64,000 bases of DNA from a virus (lineage: Duplodnaviria; Caudoviricetes). The notes beneath the pieces are model-generated. The model was not told where the DNA came from. It worked only from the letters and a program-made list of their open reading frames with translations, and did not search any database. The DNA is taken from IMG/VR virus record IMGVR_UViG_3300017912_001273, positions 1-64,000 of that record. One strand, given 5' to 3'. Below are positions 29,474 through 38,083 of the stretch, piece after piece. The first letter of the stretch is position 1, and the number at the start of each line of letters is the position of its first letter. The position numbers were made by a program, and so were the translations under genes.

Positions 29474-29794
29474 TTATTCTCTTATAGTTTCCGGATACGC
29501 CTTATGAAGAATACCTAGAAGCTTTTGACACTTTTCATACTCTTCTTTTTCTATCCAATGATCAATCATATTCTCTAACTCATGCTTTTTAGGTCCACAA
29601 TCAGGATCAAAGGCCATAACCATTTGTTCTTTGTGATCAAAGTTGTAACCCAATAATTCATCAAAAGTAATTTGACCTGAAAGGACTAAGTAAGCATTAT
29701 TATATGCCTTATCCAATAAAATTTCTTCTAGCTGTCTCTGCTCTATTTGACTCATAATGTCATCCTTCTCTTCTGGATAATTGTCTTTTGCCAT
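29474..29794 (-). CDS. Protein with C-terminal UvrB/C-like motif
   Basis: WIEKEEYEKCQKL; first gene of the leftward block. Confidence 0.6.
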   Translation of the reverse strand: MAKDNYPEEKDDIMSQIEQRQLEEILLDKAYNNAYLVLSGQITFDELLGYNFDHKEQMVMAFDPDCGPKKHELENMIDHWIEKEEYEKCQKLLGILHKAYPETIRE

Positions 29795-29956
29795 TGTGTT
29801 TTAATTAAGTTAGGAACTCTTTTATAAGAACAATATAGTGATTTTTGGAATTTTATAAAAGTGATTGGCCCACAAATATGCCCCGTACTCCTGTAAAATT
29901 TTTTTTGCCCCCCACCAAAAAGTTGTGTGTTTTGCATTCTCATAGGGTTCTACACT

Positions 29957-29979
29957 TCTGCTCCCCAGCTATAAATTGC
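29957..29979 (+). repeat. 23-nt direct repeat copy 1 (TCTGCTCCCCAGCTATAAATTGC)
   Basis: 20/23 identical to 30450-30472. Confidence 0.8.
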
Positions 29980-30033
29980 GTAGTGGATACCCCCTATGCT
30001 TAAAATAATTGTATAACTTAAATAATTAAAATT

Positions 30034-30363
30034 ATGTCAGTATTCTTCAGAAAATTAAGAATCAATGAAAACACAGGCACAGCCACAATCATTGTAACAG
30101 ACAAGCCTATCTCTAACAAAGTAGGAGAACTTGTAGGAATGAAAGTAGGAACAAGAGTATCACAAAACATCACGTTTGGTGTCTTGTCTCTTATAGACCC
30201 TGAAACAAACAAAGTAATGGGAGCTAATCATCCAACAATTAAAGCATTGCAAAACAAACTCAATCAAGGAGATGAAATGCAAGGCTTTAAACTATCTGAT
30301 AATCCGGTAGTAGATTTAAACACAGGGGAAGAAACAAACCTGCGTTGGGTAGAGCAAGTGTAA
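30034..30363 (+). CDS. First rightward (early) gene, hypothetical
   Basis: ORF track; AT-rich leader; own terminator. Confidence 0.75.
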   Translation: MSVFFRKLRINENTGTATIIVTDKPISNKVGELVGMKVGTRVSQNITFGVLSLIDPETNKVMGANHPTIKALQNKLNQGDEMQGFKLSDNPVVDLNTGEETNLRWVEQV

Positions 30364-30369
30364 AAACTG

Positions 30370-30429
30370 CAGAGAATAGTAGACTGTGTGTGTAAAAGCA
30401 CACAGTTACTGCTATCTTCTCCCTTTTTT
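30370..30429 (+). terminator. Long-stem terminator
   Basis: GAGAATAGTAGACTGTGTG...CACACAGTTACTGCTATCTTCTC then CCTTTTTT. Confidence 0.7.
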
Positions 30430-30449
30430 AACTGCAAACTACCTGCAGG

Positions 30450-30472
30450 TCTGCTCCCAAGCTATATTTTGC
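30450..30472 (+). repeat. 23-nt direct repeat copy 2 (TCTGCTCCCAAGCTATATTTTGC)
   Basis: 20/23 identical to 29957-29979. Confidence 0.8.
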
Positions 30473-30772
30473 ACAATAGTTACTAATTATTGCTGTAAAA
30501 AAAATAAATTATGTGTGTTGCACAGAGAATGTGAGGTCAATATACCCACAAAAACCCACTTGTTACCACATAATATTTTCTATAGCACCTAATAATATAA
30601 ATATAGCTAACGTAACCATAACTAGAGGAATGTGGATCAACAATACCAATAAGACTACAAGTTATGGGTTAGCTTATATAGTATTATGTCTTTCCTCTAT
30701 AGGATAATAGGCATAGTACCCGCAAAATTTCACGTGAAGGAGCAAACAAAACCGTAGAAGACAACATATAAA

Positions 30773-30860
30773 CATATAGGCTCAGTTGTAATAAGCTGTT
30801 ACAAGGTTGATGACAAACCCATGGTATTTGAGTTGTTCACCTTATGGTCTGAGTCTTATG
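30773..30860 (+). ncRNA. Candidate structured RNA (four-way junction)
   Basis: Closing stem CATATAGGCTCAG/CTGAGTCTTATG enclosing three hairpins, paired by eye. Confidence 0.35.
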
Positions 30861-30885
30861 GCTTCCTTCAATAATAACAACAAGT

Positions 30886-31170
30886 ATGAAAATAGAATTT
30901 AATAAAACGGAACCCTTTGTATCATGGGGCAATGCTATTGGTATAGTACTATATAGCAGAGAAAATGATACACACGTTAACTTCTTTACTGGTGATATGA
31001 CTCATAGTCGTGTTAACCGTGAAGAGTTGGGATCACCATCATTGGTGGAATTAAAGCTAGAGCTTGAGAGAAATGACTCATTGAGATATCTAGCTGAAGA
31101 GAACAAATTAATAACCGTAACACATCAGCATGCAATAGACTTTCTAGAGTATGCTACTAGTTACAATTAA
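30886..31170 (+). CDS. Hypothetical protein
   Basis: ORF track. Confidence 0.65.
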   Translation: MKIEFNKTEPFVSWGNAIGIVLYSRENDTHVNFFTGDMTHSRVNREELGSPSLVELKLELERNDSLRYLAEENKLITVTHQHAIDFLEYATSYN

Positions 31171-31180
31171 AACAAGTATT

Positions 31181-31336
31181 ATGAAAAAAATAATTTATTT
31201 AATGGTAGTATGCTTTATAGCACTACCAATACTACAATCATGTAGCTCATCAAGAGGTATGTGTAAGTCAAAGAAGAAGTATTACAAGTCACAAAAGTGC
31301 TGGAATTCTAAAAAACAAAAGATGGTAAGATGTTGA
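31181..31336 (+). CDS. Small basic lipoprotein
   Basis: MKKIIYLMVVCFIALPILQSC lipobox-type signal. Confidence 0.6.
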   Translation: MKKIIYLMVVCFIALPILQSCSSSRGMCKSKKKYYKSQKCWNSKKQKMVRC

Positions 31337-31806
31337 GATTGATTCCAATATTCCTTTTTGCAGTATTGATTACAAGCTGTGAAAAGGAGCCTTTGGAAAC
31401 AGAGGTACAAAATGATATCCTAAGAGTATATTCTATTGGATATGATAATAGTATGAATGCTTATCTCTATGTAGCATACTGGGAAGAACATCCTAGTAAT
31501 GGTACACTAGCAATGAATAAGTTTCTGGATAACTATGATAACTTTTATAATACAGTATGCTTAGCTAATAACCAGTTTATTTACTGTAATGAAGACTATT
31601 ACCATATGTTTAATCAAACATTAGATGGTAATAATTGGTTATCTAATCCAGATGTTGTGTTTTGGTCAGTGAATAATTATTTTCCTATACCAAATGAAAT
31701 CTTTAATGATAGTAATTCACCTGTAGGTAATGGTTCACATTACTATGCAGAACATAATATTAACGTAAGTATTAGTAATAATGATAATATAGTTTATCTC
31801 AATTAA
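31330..31806 (+). CDS. Lipoprotein
   Basis: MLRLIPIFLFAVLITSC-EKE, Bacteroidota-style lipoprotein signal. Confidence 0.7.
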   Translation: MLRLIPIFLFAVLITSCEKEPLETEVQNDILRVYSIGYDNSMNAYLYVAYWEEHPSNGTLAMNKFLDNYDNFYNTVCLANNQFIYCNEDYYHMFNQTLDGNNWLSNPDVVFWSVNNYFPIPNEIFNDSNSPVGNGSHYYAEHNINVSISNNDNIVYLN

Positions 31807-31818
31807 AAATCAGAAAAC

Positions 31819-32178
31819 ATGAAAAGAATATTCAGAGCAATAATTAAGATACTATTTGTGGTAGTTATACCAGTAATAGTATCTGCTCTGGTTATTAAGT
31901 TCTTTCTTAATTACCAGGGTGATAATTGGATAGGTGATCCTATAGTAGGATTAGCTGTCTTAGGAATAGTAGTAGTATGGGCTAACGCATTGTTTTACAC
32001 AGTGTTCTTAGCCAAGACAAAAGTATTACCAAAGATTACAGTAAGTACAGTACCAATGTTTGGATTTGCAATAGGTGCAGATCTATCACGTAGTCCTTGG
32101 TCATGGATAATTCTTATACCTTTTGTCTCAATAGAATTTAAAACACCGTATGAAAACAATGAATCAAATACTCTTTAG
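31819..32178 (+). CDS. Membrane protein
   Basis: At least two hydrophobic helices. Confidence 0.7.
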   Translation: MKRIFRAIIKILFVVVIPVIVSALVIKFFLNYQGDNWIGDPIVGLAVLGIVVVWANALFYTVFLAKTKVLPKITVSTVPMFGFAIGADLSRSPWSWIILIPFVSIEFKTPYENNESNTL

Positions 32179-32974
32179 ATTACTATTAGTCTCAATAGTA
32201 TTTGGGTCAGTGGTAACTTGCTGTTATGGGCAGCAAAGTAAAACCCATAATATAAGAACCTATTTTCCAGTACCAGAAAACTATGAAAGAATCTTCAAAG
32301 ATGCATATTCAGAGTGGTTGATTGAACATCCACTCAAGAATTTTAATCGTGTAAAGTACTTTGATGGTAGAGTCAAACATAATGATGGCATATATGCTGC
32401 TGTGTTTGACTATGATATTGGTAAAAGAGACTTACATCAGTGTGCTGATGCAGCTATATATCTTAGAGCATCATACAATTATGCAAGTAAGTTTCAAGAT
32501 AGGTTAGGATTTCACTTTACTAACGGAGATCAAGCGTGGTATTTAGATTATCTAAATGGTGCTACGTATATACCCGTTAATAATGGTGCTGACATAGAGA
32601 TAGTATGGAACAAACCACGTAAAGATAACTGCAATACGTTTAGAAAGTGGCTTGATGCCGTATGGACCTATGCTGGCACTTGGTCAGTAGAACAATATGA
32701 TACTGACCCAGTAAGTATTCTAGAAATACAACCTGGTGATGTCTTTATACAGGGAGGATTTCCTGGTCATGCAGTAACAGTAGTTGATGTAGCAGAAAAT
32801 GATAGAGGTCATAGGATCTTTATGCTTGCACAAAGCTATATGCCTGCACAGGAACAACATGTATTAATAAATCCGGCCATAGGTGATGTATGGTACTCAG
32901 CAGATAATATGTCATATATTTTCACACCTGAGTGGACCTTTGAGCCAACAGATTTACGTAGATTTAAAAAATAA
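32150..32974 (+). CDS. DUF4846-like secreted protein
   Basis: Signal peptide; DIGKRDLHQCADA, IQPGDVFIQGGFPGHAVTVVD, LAQSYMPAQ. Confidence 0.75.
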   Translation: MKTMNQILFRLLLVSIVFGSVVTCCYGQQSKTHNIRTYFPVPENYERIFKDAYSEWLIEHPLKNFNRVKYFDGRVKHNDGIYAAVFDYDIGKRDLHQCADAAIYLRASYNYASKFQDRLGFHFTNGDQAWYLDYLNGATYIPVNNGADIEIVWNKPRKDNCNTFRKWLDAVWTYAGTWSVEQYDTDPVSILEIQPGDVFIQGGFPGHAVTVVDVAENDRGHRIFMLAQSYMPAQEQHVLINPAIGDVWYSADNMSYIFTPEWTFEPTDLRRFKK

Positions 32975-33153
32975 AGACCACATATGGACCACTAACAATA
33001 CCAGTAATTAACTATATACTATATCACTAGTAGATAGGCCTTGTCATAAAAGCTATGGTTGAGTAGTGGAAACCAAAAGGGGTAGATCTCTACCTTTTTC
33101 TCATACTTGTTTAGGTATGGGTGACACCCCTTTAAACTTTTTAATAAATAATT

Positions 33154-33684
33154 ATGTCAAATAAAACAGTTACATTACCGGAGATCACAACAAATAAGAT
33201 CTTCAAACAAATTATAGATCCTAGAGCAGTATCAAATAAATCTAATAAAGATTATATCTCAGATATGATTTTTAATGCCTTAGATGAACATACAATACAA
33301 CATATCATTACACTTATGCTAATGGATGTAGAGTATAAAGTTCTTTCTATAGGAGATTATGTACGTGTAAAGCCAATAAGTTATCATGAAGGACAGGAAT
33401 ATGAATCAGATGTCTTAAAAGATATGGGTCTTATGCACTCTAGCGGTAAAGTATATGGCTGTATTAAAGGTGATGCTTCTTGGTCATCAGGTTATAACCC
33501 TTTCTATAGTAAGTTAAAAGTTGATCTTCACTATCATGATGAAGATAAACAGCTTAAGCTTGTAGAGAAAGATATTAATCCTCTTGAACTTGAGTATGTA
33601 AGTAAAGGACATATAGCTTACTTTAAAAACAAAAAGAAAACTAAAGAAAAAAAAATATGCCTAGACTCTCCAGAGCACTTATAA
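33154..33684 (+). CDS. Hypothetical protein
   Basis: ORF track. Confidence 0.65.
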   Translation: MSNKTVTLPEITTNKIFKQIIDPRAVSNKSNKDYISDMIFNALDEHTIQHIITLMLMDVEYKVLSIGDYVRVKPISYHEGQEYESDVLKDMGLMHSSGKVYGCIKGDASWSSGYNPFYSKLKVDLHYHDEDKQLKLVEKDINPLELEYVSKGHIAYFKNKKKTKEKKICLDSPEHL

Positions 33685-33839
33685 GTTTTGAATACAGAAA
33701 ATACAAAGGACCAGATCCGTTTGGTCTCTATATGAATACAAAGTATCTGTTAAAAGATCTCAAACTTGCTGAAGAGTTAGATAACAATGTAGCATTATTG
33801 AGGTTATTAAAAGATCATGTACCAGAAGAAGAGAGATAG
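33657..33839 (+). CDS. Hypothetical protein
   Basis: ORF track, overlapping neighbours. Confidence 0.55.
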   Translation: MPRLSRALISFEYRKYKGPDPFGLYMNTKYLLKDLKLAEELDNNVALLRLLKDHVPEEER

Positions 33840-34071
33840 ATATGGAATAGTTAAACATCAAGTGCTTACTGATCCAAATCTATCTATACAGGCTAAGGGT
33901 TTGTATGCAGTATTATGCTGCTATGCAAATGCTAATAGGTTATGTTGGCCTTCAATTAGCACATTAGCTGATGATACTGACACAAGTCAAACATCAGTTA
34001 AAAGATGGATTAGAGAGCTAAAACAACATAATTACATAAGAAGAAAAGGCAGGAAGCTACAAATTATATAA
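33817..34071 (+). CDS. Winged HTH DNA-binding protein (HTH_36-like)
   Basis: DPNLSIQAKGLYAVL...CWPSISTLADD...SVKRWIRELKQHNYI. Confidence 0.85.
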   Translation: MYQKKRDRYGIVKHQVLTDPNLSIQAKGLYAVLCCYANANRLCWPSISTLADDTDTSQTSVKRWIRELKQHNYIRRKGRKLQII

Positions 34072-34072
34072 C

Positions 34073-34090
34073 CGTTAGCTATATTACTGC
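34073..34090 (+). promoter_or_regulatory. Repeated element CGTTAGCTATATTACTGC
   Basis: Matches 15375-15392 on minus strand. Confidence 0.5.
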
Positions 34091-34129
34091 TGATTATTTT
34101 TGAAACAGACCAAATATGGACTTTTTATA

Positions 34130-34161
34130 TTGAGTCAGAAAGGATTATATTATTATCTTTG
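34130..34161 (+). promoter_or_regulatory. Bacteroidota-type promoter TTG-N21-TATCTTTG
   Basis: Upstream of ORF 34181. Confidence 0.65.
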
Positions 34162-34180
34162 ATAAACTATTAATAAGATA

Positions 34181-34447
34181 ATGATTATTCAACTTCCTAA
34201 TGGACGCATAATAGAATGTTCACTTGAACAGTATCTCTCATTAACAGATGAAGAGTATAATGATCTTAATGGTCTTAGTTCAGCATATACTAAGGAAGTG
34301 GGTGACCCGTTTTACAATAAATTTTCTAGAACATCAGTTGTTGATGTCATTGTCTCAGAACAAATTGAAGAGAATGAACCAGCATTAGATGAAATAGATG
34401 CTTTTGAAAAACTAGATGACCCGTATTTTCACTCAGATGATATTTAA
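34181..34447 (+). CDS. Small acidic protein
   Basis: ORF track; MIIQLPNGRII. Confidence 0.7.
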   Translation: MIIQLPNGRIIECSLEQYLSLTDEEYNDLNGLSSAYTKEVGDPFYNKFSRTSVVDVIVSEQIEENEPALDEIDAFEKLDDPYFHSDDI

Positions 34448-34489
34448 ATCATCAATTATTATTTTATTCACCCTTTAAATTTTTTAAAA

Positions 34490-35059
34490 ATGCAAAATTC
34501 AGTAAACATCCTGGCGGATGACATGGGTAATGTTATACGTCAATCAAGTTCAAACTCAGAGTATGGCTATGTAAGGCTACAACAACAAAGAGTAACCTTT
34601 AGCAATACAGGTTGGGTTAAGAACTCAAACATTACAACACTATTACATGGTAAGATGGAAGATCTTCAAGCTTTAAATTTGAAAGCTGATGATACTTTAC
34701 CAGGTAAAATTATTATCAAGGAGTCATTAGAGCCATTTAGCAATAATGATCCTGATAGAGATTTTAAATATGCAGGAGAAACAGGCATTATATGTGCTGT
34801 TGATGGCCAACCTATCTATAGGAAAACATTCTTTGTAGCAGATGCTAACGCAGAGGATGTACTTATTGCTCATACTAATGGTGATGCTATTAGAGAAGCA
34901 AATGGTCAAAACACTGGTGTAAAATTAGATAAGGTCACATCTGCTGAAGCTTTCGGAATTGATAATGAAGAGGCAGAAACAGAAAAAGTTAGTGATGATG
35001 TAGAAGAAACTGTAGCTGAAAAGGAAGAAGTTGTTGAAGAAGAAACTTTTGAGCTTTAA
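34490..35059 (+). CDS. SSB-like protein with acidic tail
   Basis: Beta-rich core, acidic tail ending EEETFEL; hairpin follows. Confidence 0.45.
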   Translation: MQNSVNILADDMGNVIRQSSSNSEYGYVRLQQQRVTFSNTGWVKNSNITTLLHGKMEDLQALNLKADDTLPGKIIIKESLEPFSNNDPDRDFKYAGETGIICAVDGQPIYRKTFFVADANAEDVLIAHTNGDAIREANGQNTGVKLDKVTSAEAFGIDNEEAETEKVSDDVEETVAEKEEVVEEETFEL

Positions 35060-35081
35060 TCAGGTTTTCTGAAGATGAAAG

Positions 35082-35119
35082 GGGATAGTTAAGTGGCGTC
35101 AGGACCCACTTGCTATCCC
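35082..35119 (+). terminator. Stem-loop after 34490-35059
   Basis: GGGATAG-TTAAGTGG...CCACTTG-CTATCCC; no T-run, so could be a processing/stability hairpin. Confidence 0.45.
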
Positions 35120-35169
35120 TGGACATCAATTCCACTATAATCATTTACTAAACTTTTAAATAAACATGT

Positions 35170-35712
35170 ATGTTATCTCAAGATCAAATCCAAAAATTAA
35201 AACTTAATGAAAGAGAATTAGAATTAAGCAGACGCAGAGAGCGTTATGAATACTTAGGCTTATTATCTGAGTATCAATTACATCCACCTTCAATAGTAAA
35301 TACACTAAACTACCAGAAGTTAAACCCGTATCAACATTTTTTGTTTAAACGTGTACTTCATGGTCTTAATGTGTATAAACCTGAAGAAGTTAAGAAGTTA
35401 CACTGGGATAAAAGAAGAAGAATTACAAGAGTATGGAAACGTGGGCAAAGAGAAATCAATGCTTGGAAACAATACCTTTGTAATAAGAAAATAAATCAGT
35501 ATCTTAGGGAAACTTTTAAACACAGTCCTTTAGCACAGTATATTGCAAATATACCAGCTGAAGAAACTTTAGAAGATTACAATAACACAATGACATTCAG
35601 AGACTTAGGTCTAACATATGAAGATGTTATACTTAAATTCTTGTCACTGGGATTATTACCACGTAATTACTTTAGTATAAAACCAAATGAGTATCAGAAA
35701 AGTCTCAAATAA
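35170..35712 (+). CDS. Hypothetical protein
   Basis: ORF track. Confidence 0.7.
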   Translation: MLSQDQIQKLKLNERELELSRRRERYEYLGLLSEYQLHPPSIVNTLNYQKLNPYQHFLFKRVLHGLNVYKPEEVKKLHWDKRRRITRVWKRGQREINAWKQYLCNKKINQYLRETFKHSPLAQYIANIPAEETLEDYNNTMTFRDLGLTYEDVILKFLSLGLLPRNYFSIKPNEYQKSLK

Positions 35713-35956
35713 AATGTCAAAGATTAATGCTAAGTATGCTAAACAGCGTAAAGAGTATTTATCTAACAATCCTATCTGTCATGCAAAGATCTATAAGTGT
35801 TCTTTGCATGCTACAGATATTCATCACAAAAATGGCCGTGGTATATACCACTTAGATGAATCCACATGGTTACCAGTTTGTAGAAACTGCCATATGTGGA
35901 TAGAAGAACATCCAGCTGAAGCCTATGAATTAGGTTTTTCAGGCTCAAGATCATAA
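35687..35956 (+). CDS. HNH endonuclease
   Basis: C...C...DIHH...VCRNCHMWIE. Confidence 0.8.
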   Translation: MSIRKVSNKMSKINAKYAKQRKEYLSNNPICHAKIYKCSLHATDIHHKNGRGIYHLDESTWLPVCRNCHMWIEEHPAEAYELGFSGSRS

Positions 35957-35962
35957 ATTTAT

Positions 35963-36036
35963 GGTCCCATAGCTCAACTGGATAGAGCAACAGCCTTCTA
36001 AGCTGTAGGTTCTAGGTTCAAGTCCTAGTGGGATCA
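35963..36036 (+). tRNA. tRNA-Arg(TCT)
   Basis: Acceptor GGTCCCA/TGGGATC; anticodon arm ACAGC-CTTCTAA-GCTGT; T-loop TTCAAGT. Confidence 0.93.
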
Positions 36037-36041
36037 CATAT

Positions 36042-36126
36042 GGCCGGATGATGGAATTGGTAGACATGACAGACTTAAAATCTGTTGGGCTGTTAGCCCG
36101 TGTGGGTTCAAGTCCCACTCCGGCTA
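36042..36126 (+). tRNA. tRNA-Leu(TAA)
   Basis: Anticodon arm ACAGA-CTTAAAA-TCTGT, long variable arm GGGCT/AGCCC, T-arm GTGGG-TTCAAGT-CCCAC. Confidence 0.93.
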
Positions 36127-36129
36127 CTT

Positions 36130-36203
36130 GCACTCTTAGCTCAGTTGGTCAGAGCAACCGGCTCATAACCGGTAGGTCACAGGTTCAAGCCCTGTAGGGT
36201 GCA
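36130..36203 (+). tRNA. tRNA(CAT), Ile2 or elongator Met
   Basis: Acceptor GCACTCT/AGGGTGC; ACCGG-CTCATAA-CCGGT; lacks the initiator GGG/CCC anticodon stem. Confidence 0.88.
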
Positions 36204-36295
36204 CCTTGCAAAAGAAATAGTATGAAGAACAGAAATAAAATTATCATGATAAGGTTACTTGCCTGGTCATTAATAATAGGAATAACAATATTTAT

Positions 36296-37426
36296 ATGGT
36301 ACAACTTAATACATTGGATAGTGTTTCTAATAGGGATATAGTCCAATCTGATGCACTTAAAGTTGCATTAGCAAATAAAAGATGTGGCTTGGGTATATCA
36401 ATGGGTGTTGGTAAAACACGTATTGCTATTGAACATCTATATAGTAATTATAACCCTCTTATATGTGCACTAGTTGTAGTACCAAAACTCTCTATTAGAG
36501 ATAGCTGGATAGATGAACTAAATATCAGCACAAAATATAGTGATCTATTAGATCATATTACATTCACTACATATCTATCACTTAATAAACATAATCCTAA
36601 TGATTATGATATAGTATATCTAGATGAATGTCACAGCCTAAAAGAGTCTCATGAGACCTTCTTAAACCAGTTCTCTGGTAAGATATTAGGCTTAACAGGG
36701 ACACCACCAAAGCATAAACACTCAGAAAAGGGTAGACTTGTGCAAAAGTATTGTCCCATGAAATACCTATTCAACGTAGATAAAGCTACTGACTCAAAGA
36801 TATTAAATGATTATAAGATCATTGTACATGAGTTAGAGTTATCTAAACTACCAACTTTAAAGAAAAAGAGTAAAGCCGGTGGCTTTTGGTATACATCTGA
36901 GAAGAAAGATTATGACTATGTAACGTCAAGATGCAGGGACGCACAGACTCAAAAGCAAATACAATTTGCTAGAATCATGCGTATGAGAGCATTAATGGAC
37001 TATACAAGTAAAGAAAGCTATGTAAAGAGTATGATCAGTAATATTTCTACTAAGTGTATTGTATTTGCAAATACTCAGAAACAAGCAGACAGAATATGTA
37101 AGCATAGTTATCATTCTCAGAATCCTAAGTCAGAGGAGAACCTTGAGTTATTCTCTGACGGTAGGATAGATAAGTTATCTTGTGTATTACAATTATCAGA
37201 AGGTGTTACAATACCCAACTTAAAACAGGGTATTATTATGCATGCATATGGTAATGAACGTAAGACTGCACAGCGTATAGGTAGATTGCTAAGGCTTAAT
37301 CCAACTGAGACAGCAGTATGTCACATATTGTGTTACAAAGGAACACAAGATGAAAGATGGGTTGATCAAGCTTTAAATTCATTTGATAATAATAAAATTC
37401 AAAGGTATAATCCACTAAATAGATAA
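36296..37426 (+). CDS. Superfamily 2 (DExH) helicase
   Basis: MGVGKT, DECH, LGLTGT, LSEGV, QRIGRLLR. Confidence 0.92.
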   Translation: MVQLNTLDSVSNRDIVQSDALKVALANKRCGLGISMGVGKTRIAIEHLYSNYNPLICALVVVPKLSIRDSWIDELNISTKYSDLLDHITFTTYLSLNKHNPNDYDIVYLDECHSLKESHETFLNQFSGKILGLTGTPPKHKHSEKGRLVQKYCPMKYLFNVDKATDSKILNDYKIIVHELELSKLPTLKKKSKAGGFWYTSEKKDYDYVTSRCRDAQTQKQIQFARIMRMRALMDYTSKESYVKSMISNISTKCIVFANTQKQADRICKHSYHSQNPKSEENLELFSDGRIDKLSCVLQLSEGVTIPNLKQGIIMHAYGNERKTAQRIGRLLRLNPTETAVCHILCYKGTQDERWVDQALNSFDNNKIQRYNPLNR

Positions 37427-37428
37427 TT

Positions 37429-37662
37429 ATGGGAAAAATGAAAGAAATATACATGCAAATGATAGAGCATGAATATAATGGTGATTATGATGCACATATG
37501 CAAGAACTTGCTAGACAAACTTGTGAAGAGTTTATATCTGTACCAGAAGAAGATTGTAGCAATTGTGATACACCAGTTATAGTTAGAAATGAAAACACTG
37601 CAATTTGTGAAGCTTGCGGTGTAGAATATGTATATGTAAATGGAAGTAAAAGATTTAAATGA
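37429..37662 (+). CDS. Zinc-ribbon protein
   Basis: MGKMKE start; CSNC...CEACG. Confidence 0.7.
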   Translation: MGKMKEIYMQMIEHEYNGDYDAHMQELARQTCEEFISVPEEDCSNCDTPVIVRNENTAICEACGVEYVYVNGSKRFK

Positions 37663-37810
37663 TGAGAAATATATTTAAAAAAGTTCCTAAGCGTTATATA
37701 ACATTGGCAGAGCGTAGGAGAAAAAAAGAAATGGAAATGCAAATAGTTAATGTAATAGGTATAATATTTATAGCTATGATATTAGTTATGGGTGTAATAC
37801 TTTTAGCAAC

Positions 37811-38083
37811 ATGACAACTAAAGGAACAATAGAAATAGATATAGAAGGAACAGAAGTAGAGTTCCATTATACTTATGAATCAGGAGATCCAGGAATACAC
37901 ACTTATCCTAATGGAGATCCTGGAGTGCCTCCAACAGGGCCAGATATTACAGTTACAGCAGCATATGCTGTAGTTGAAGATAAGAATGGGTCTCAAGTAT
38001 ATGTAGATATTCTAGATGTACTTGAACCTCATATAGATTTAGATAGTATAGAAGAACAAATCATTGAAGATAATGAACCATAA
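37811..38083 (+). CDS. Small acidic protein
   Basis: YPNGDPGVPP motif. Confidence 0.65.
   Translation: MTTKGTIEIDIEGTEVEFHYTYESGDPGIHTYPNGDPGVPPTGPDITVTAAYAVVEDKNGSQVYVDILDVLEPHIDLDSIEEQIIEDNEP

Noticed and set aside
30386-30707. ORFs 30386-30592 and 30513-30707
   Set aside because: GTG starts, atypical composition, overlap a terminator and hairpins; more likely non-coding.
30805-30820. Hammerhead ribozyme core suggested by TGATGA..AAA
   Set aside because: Lacks CUGAUGA, stem II and GAAA in the required arrangement.
35963-36126. Suppressor tRNA / stop-codon reassignment as in some crAss-like phages
   Set aside because: Loops CTTCTAA and CTTAAAA give central anticodons TCT and TAA (Arg, Leu). 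Long genes are intact under the standard code and TAG ends genes normally (e.g. 20742).
35951-36133. 60-aa minus-strand ORF
   Set aside because: Antisense reading of tRNA genes.
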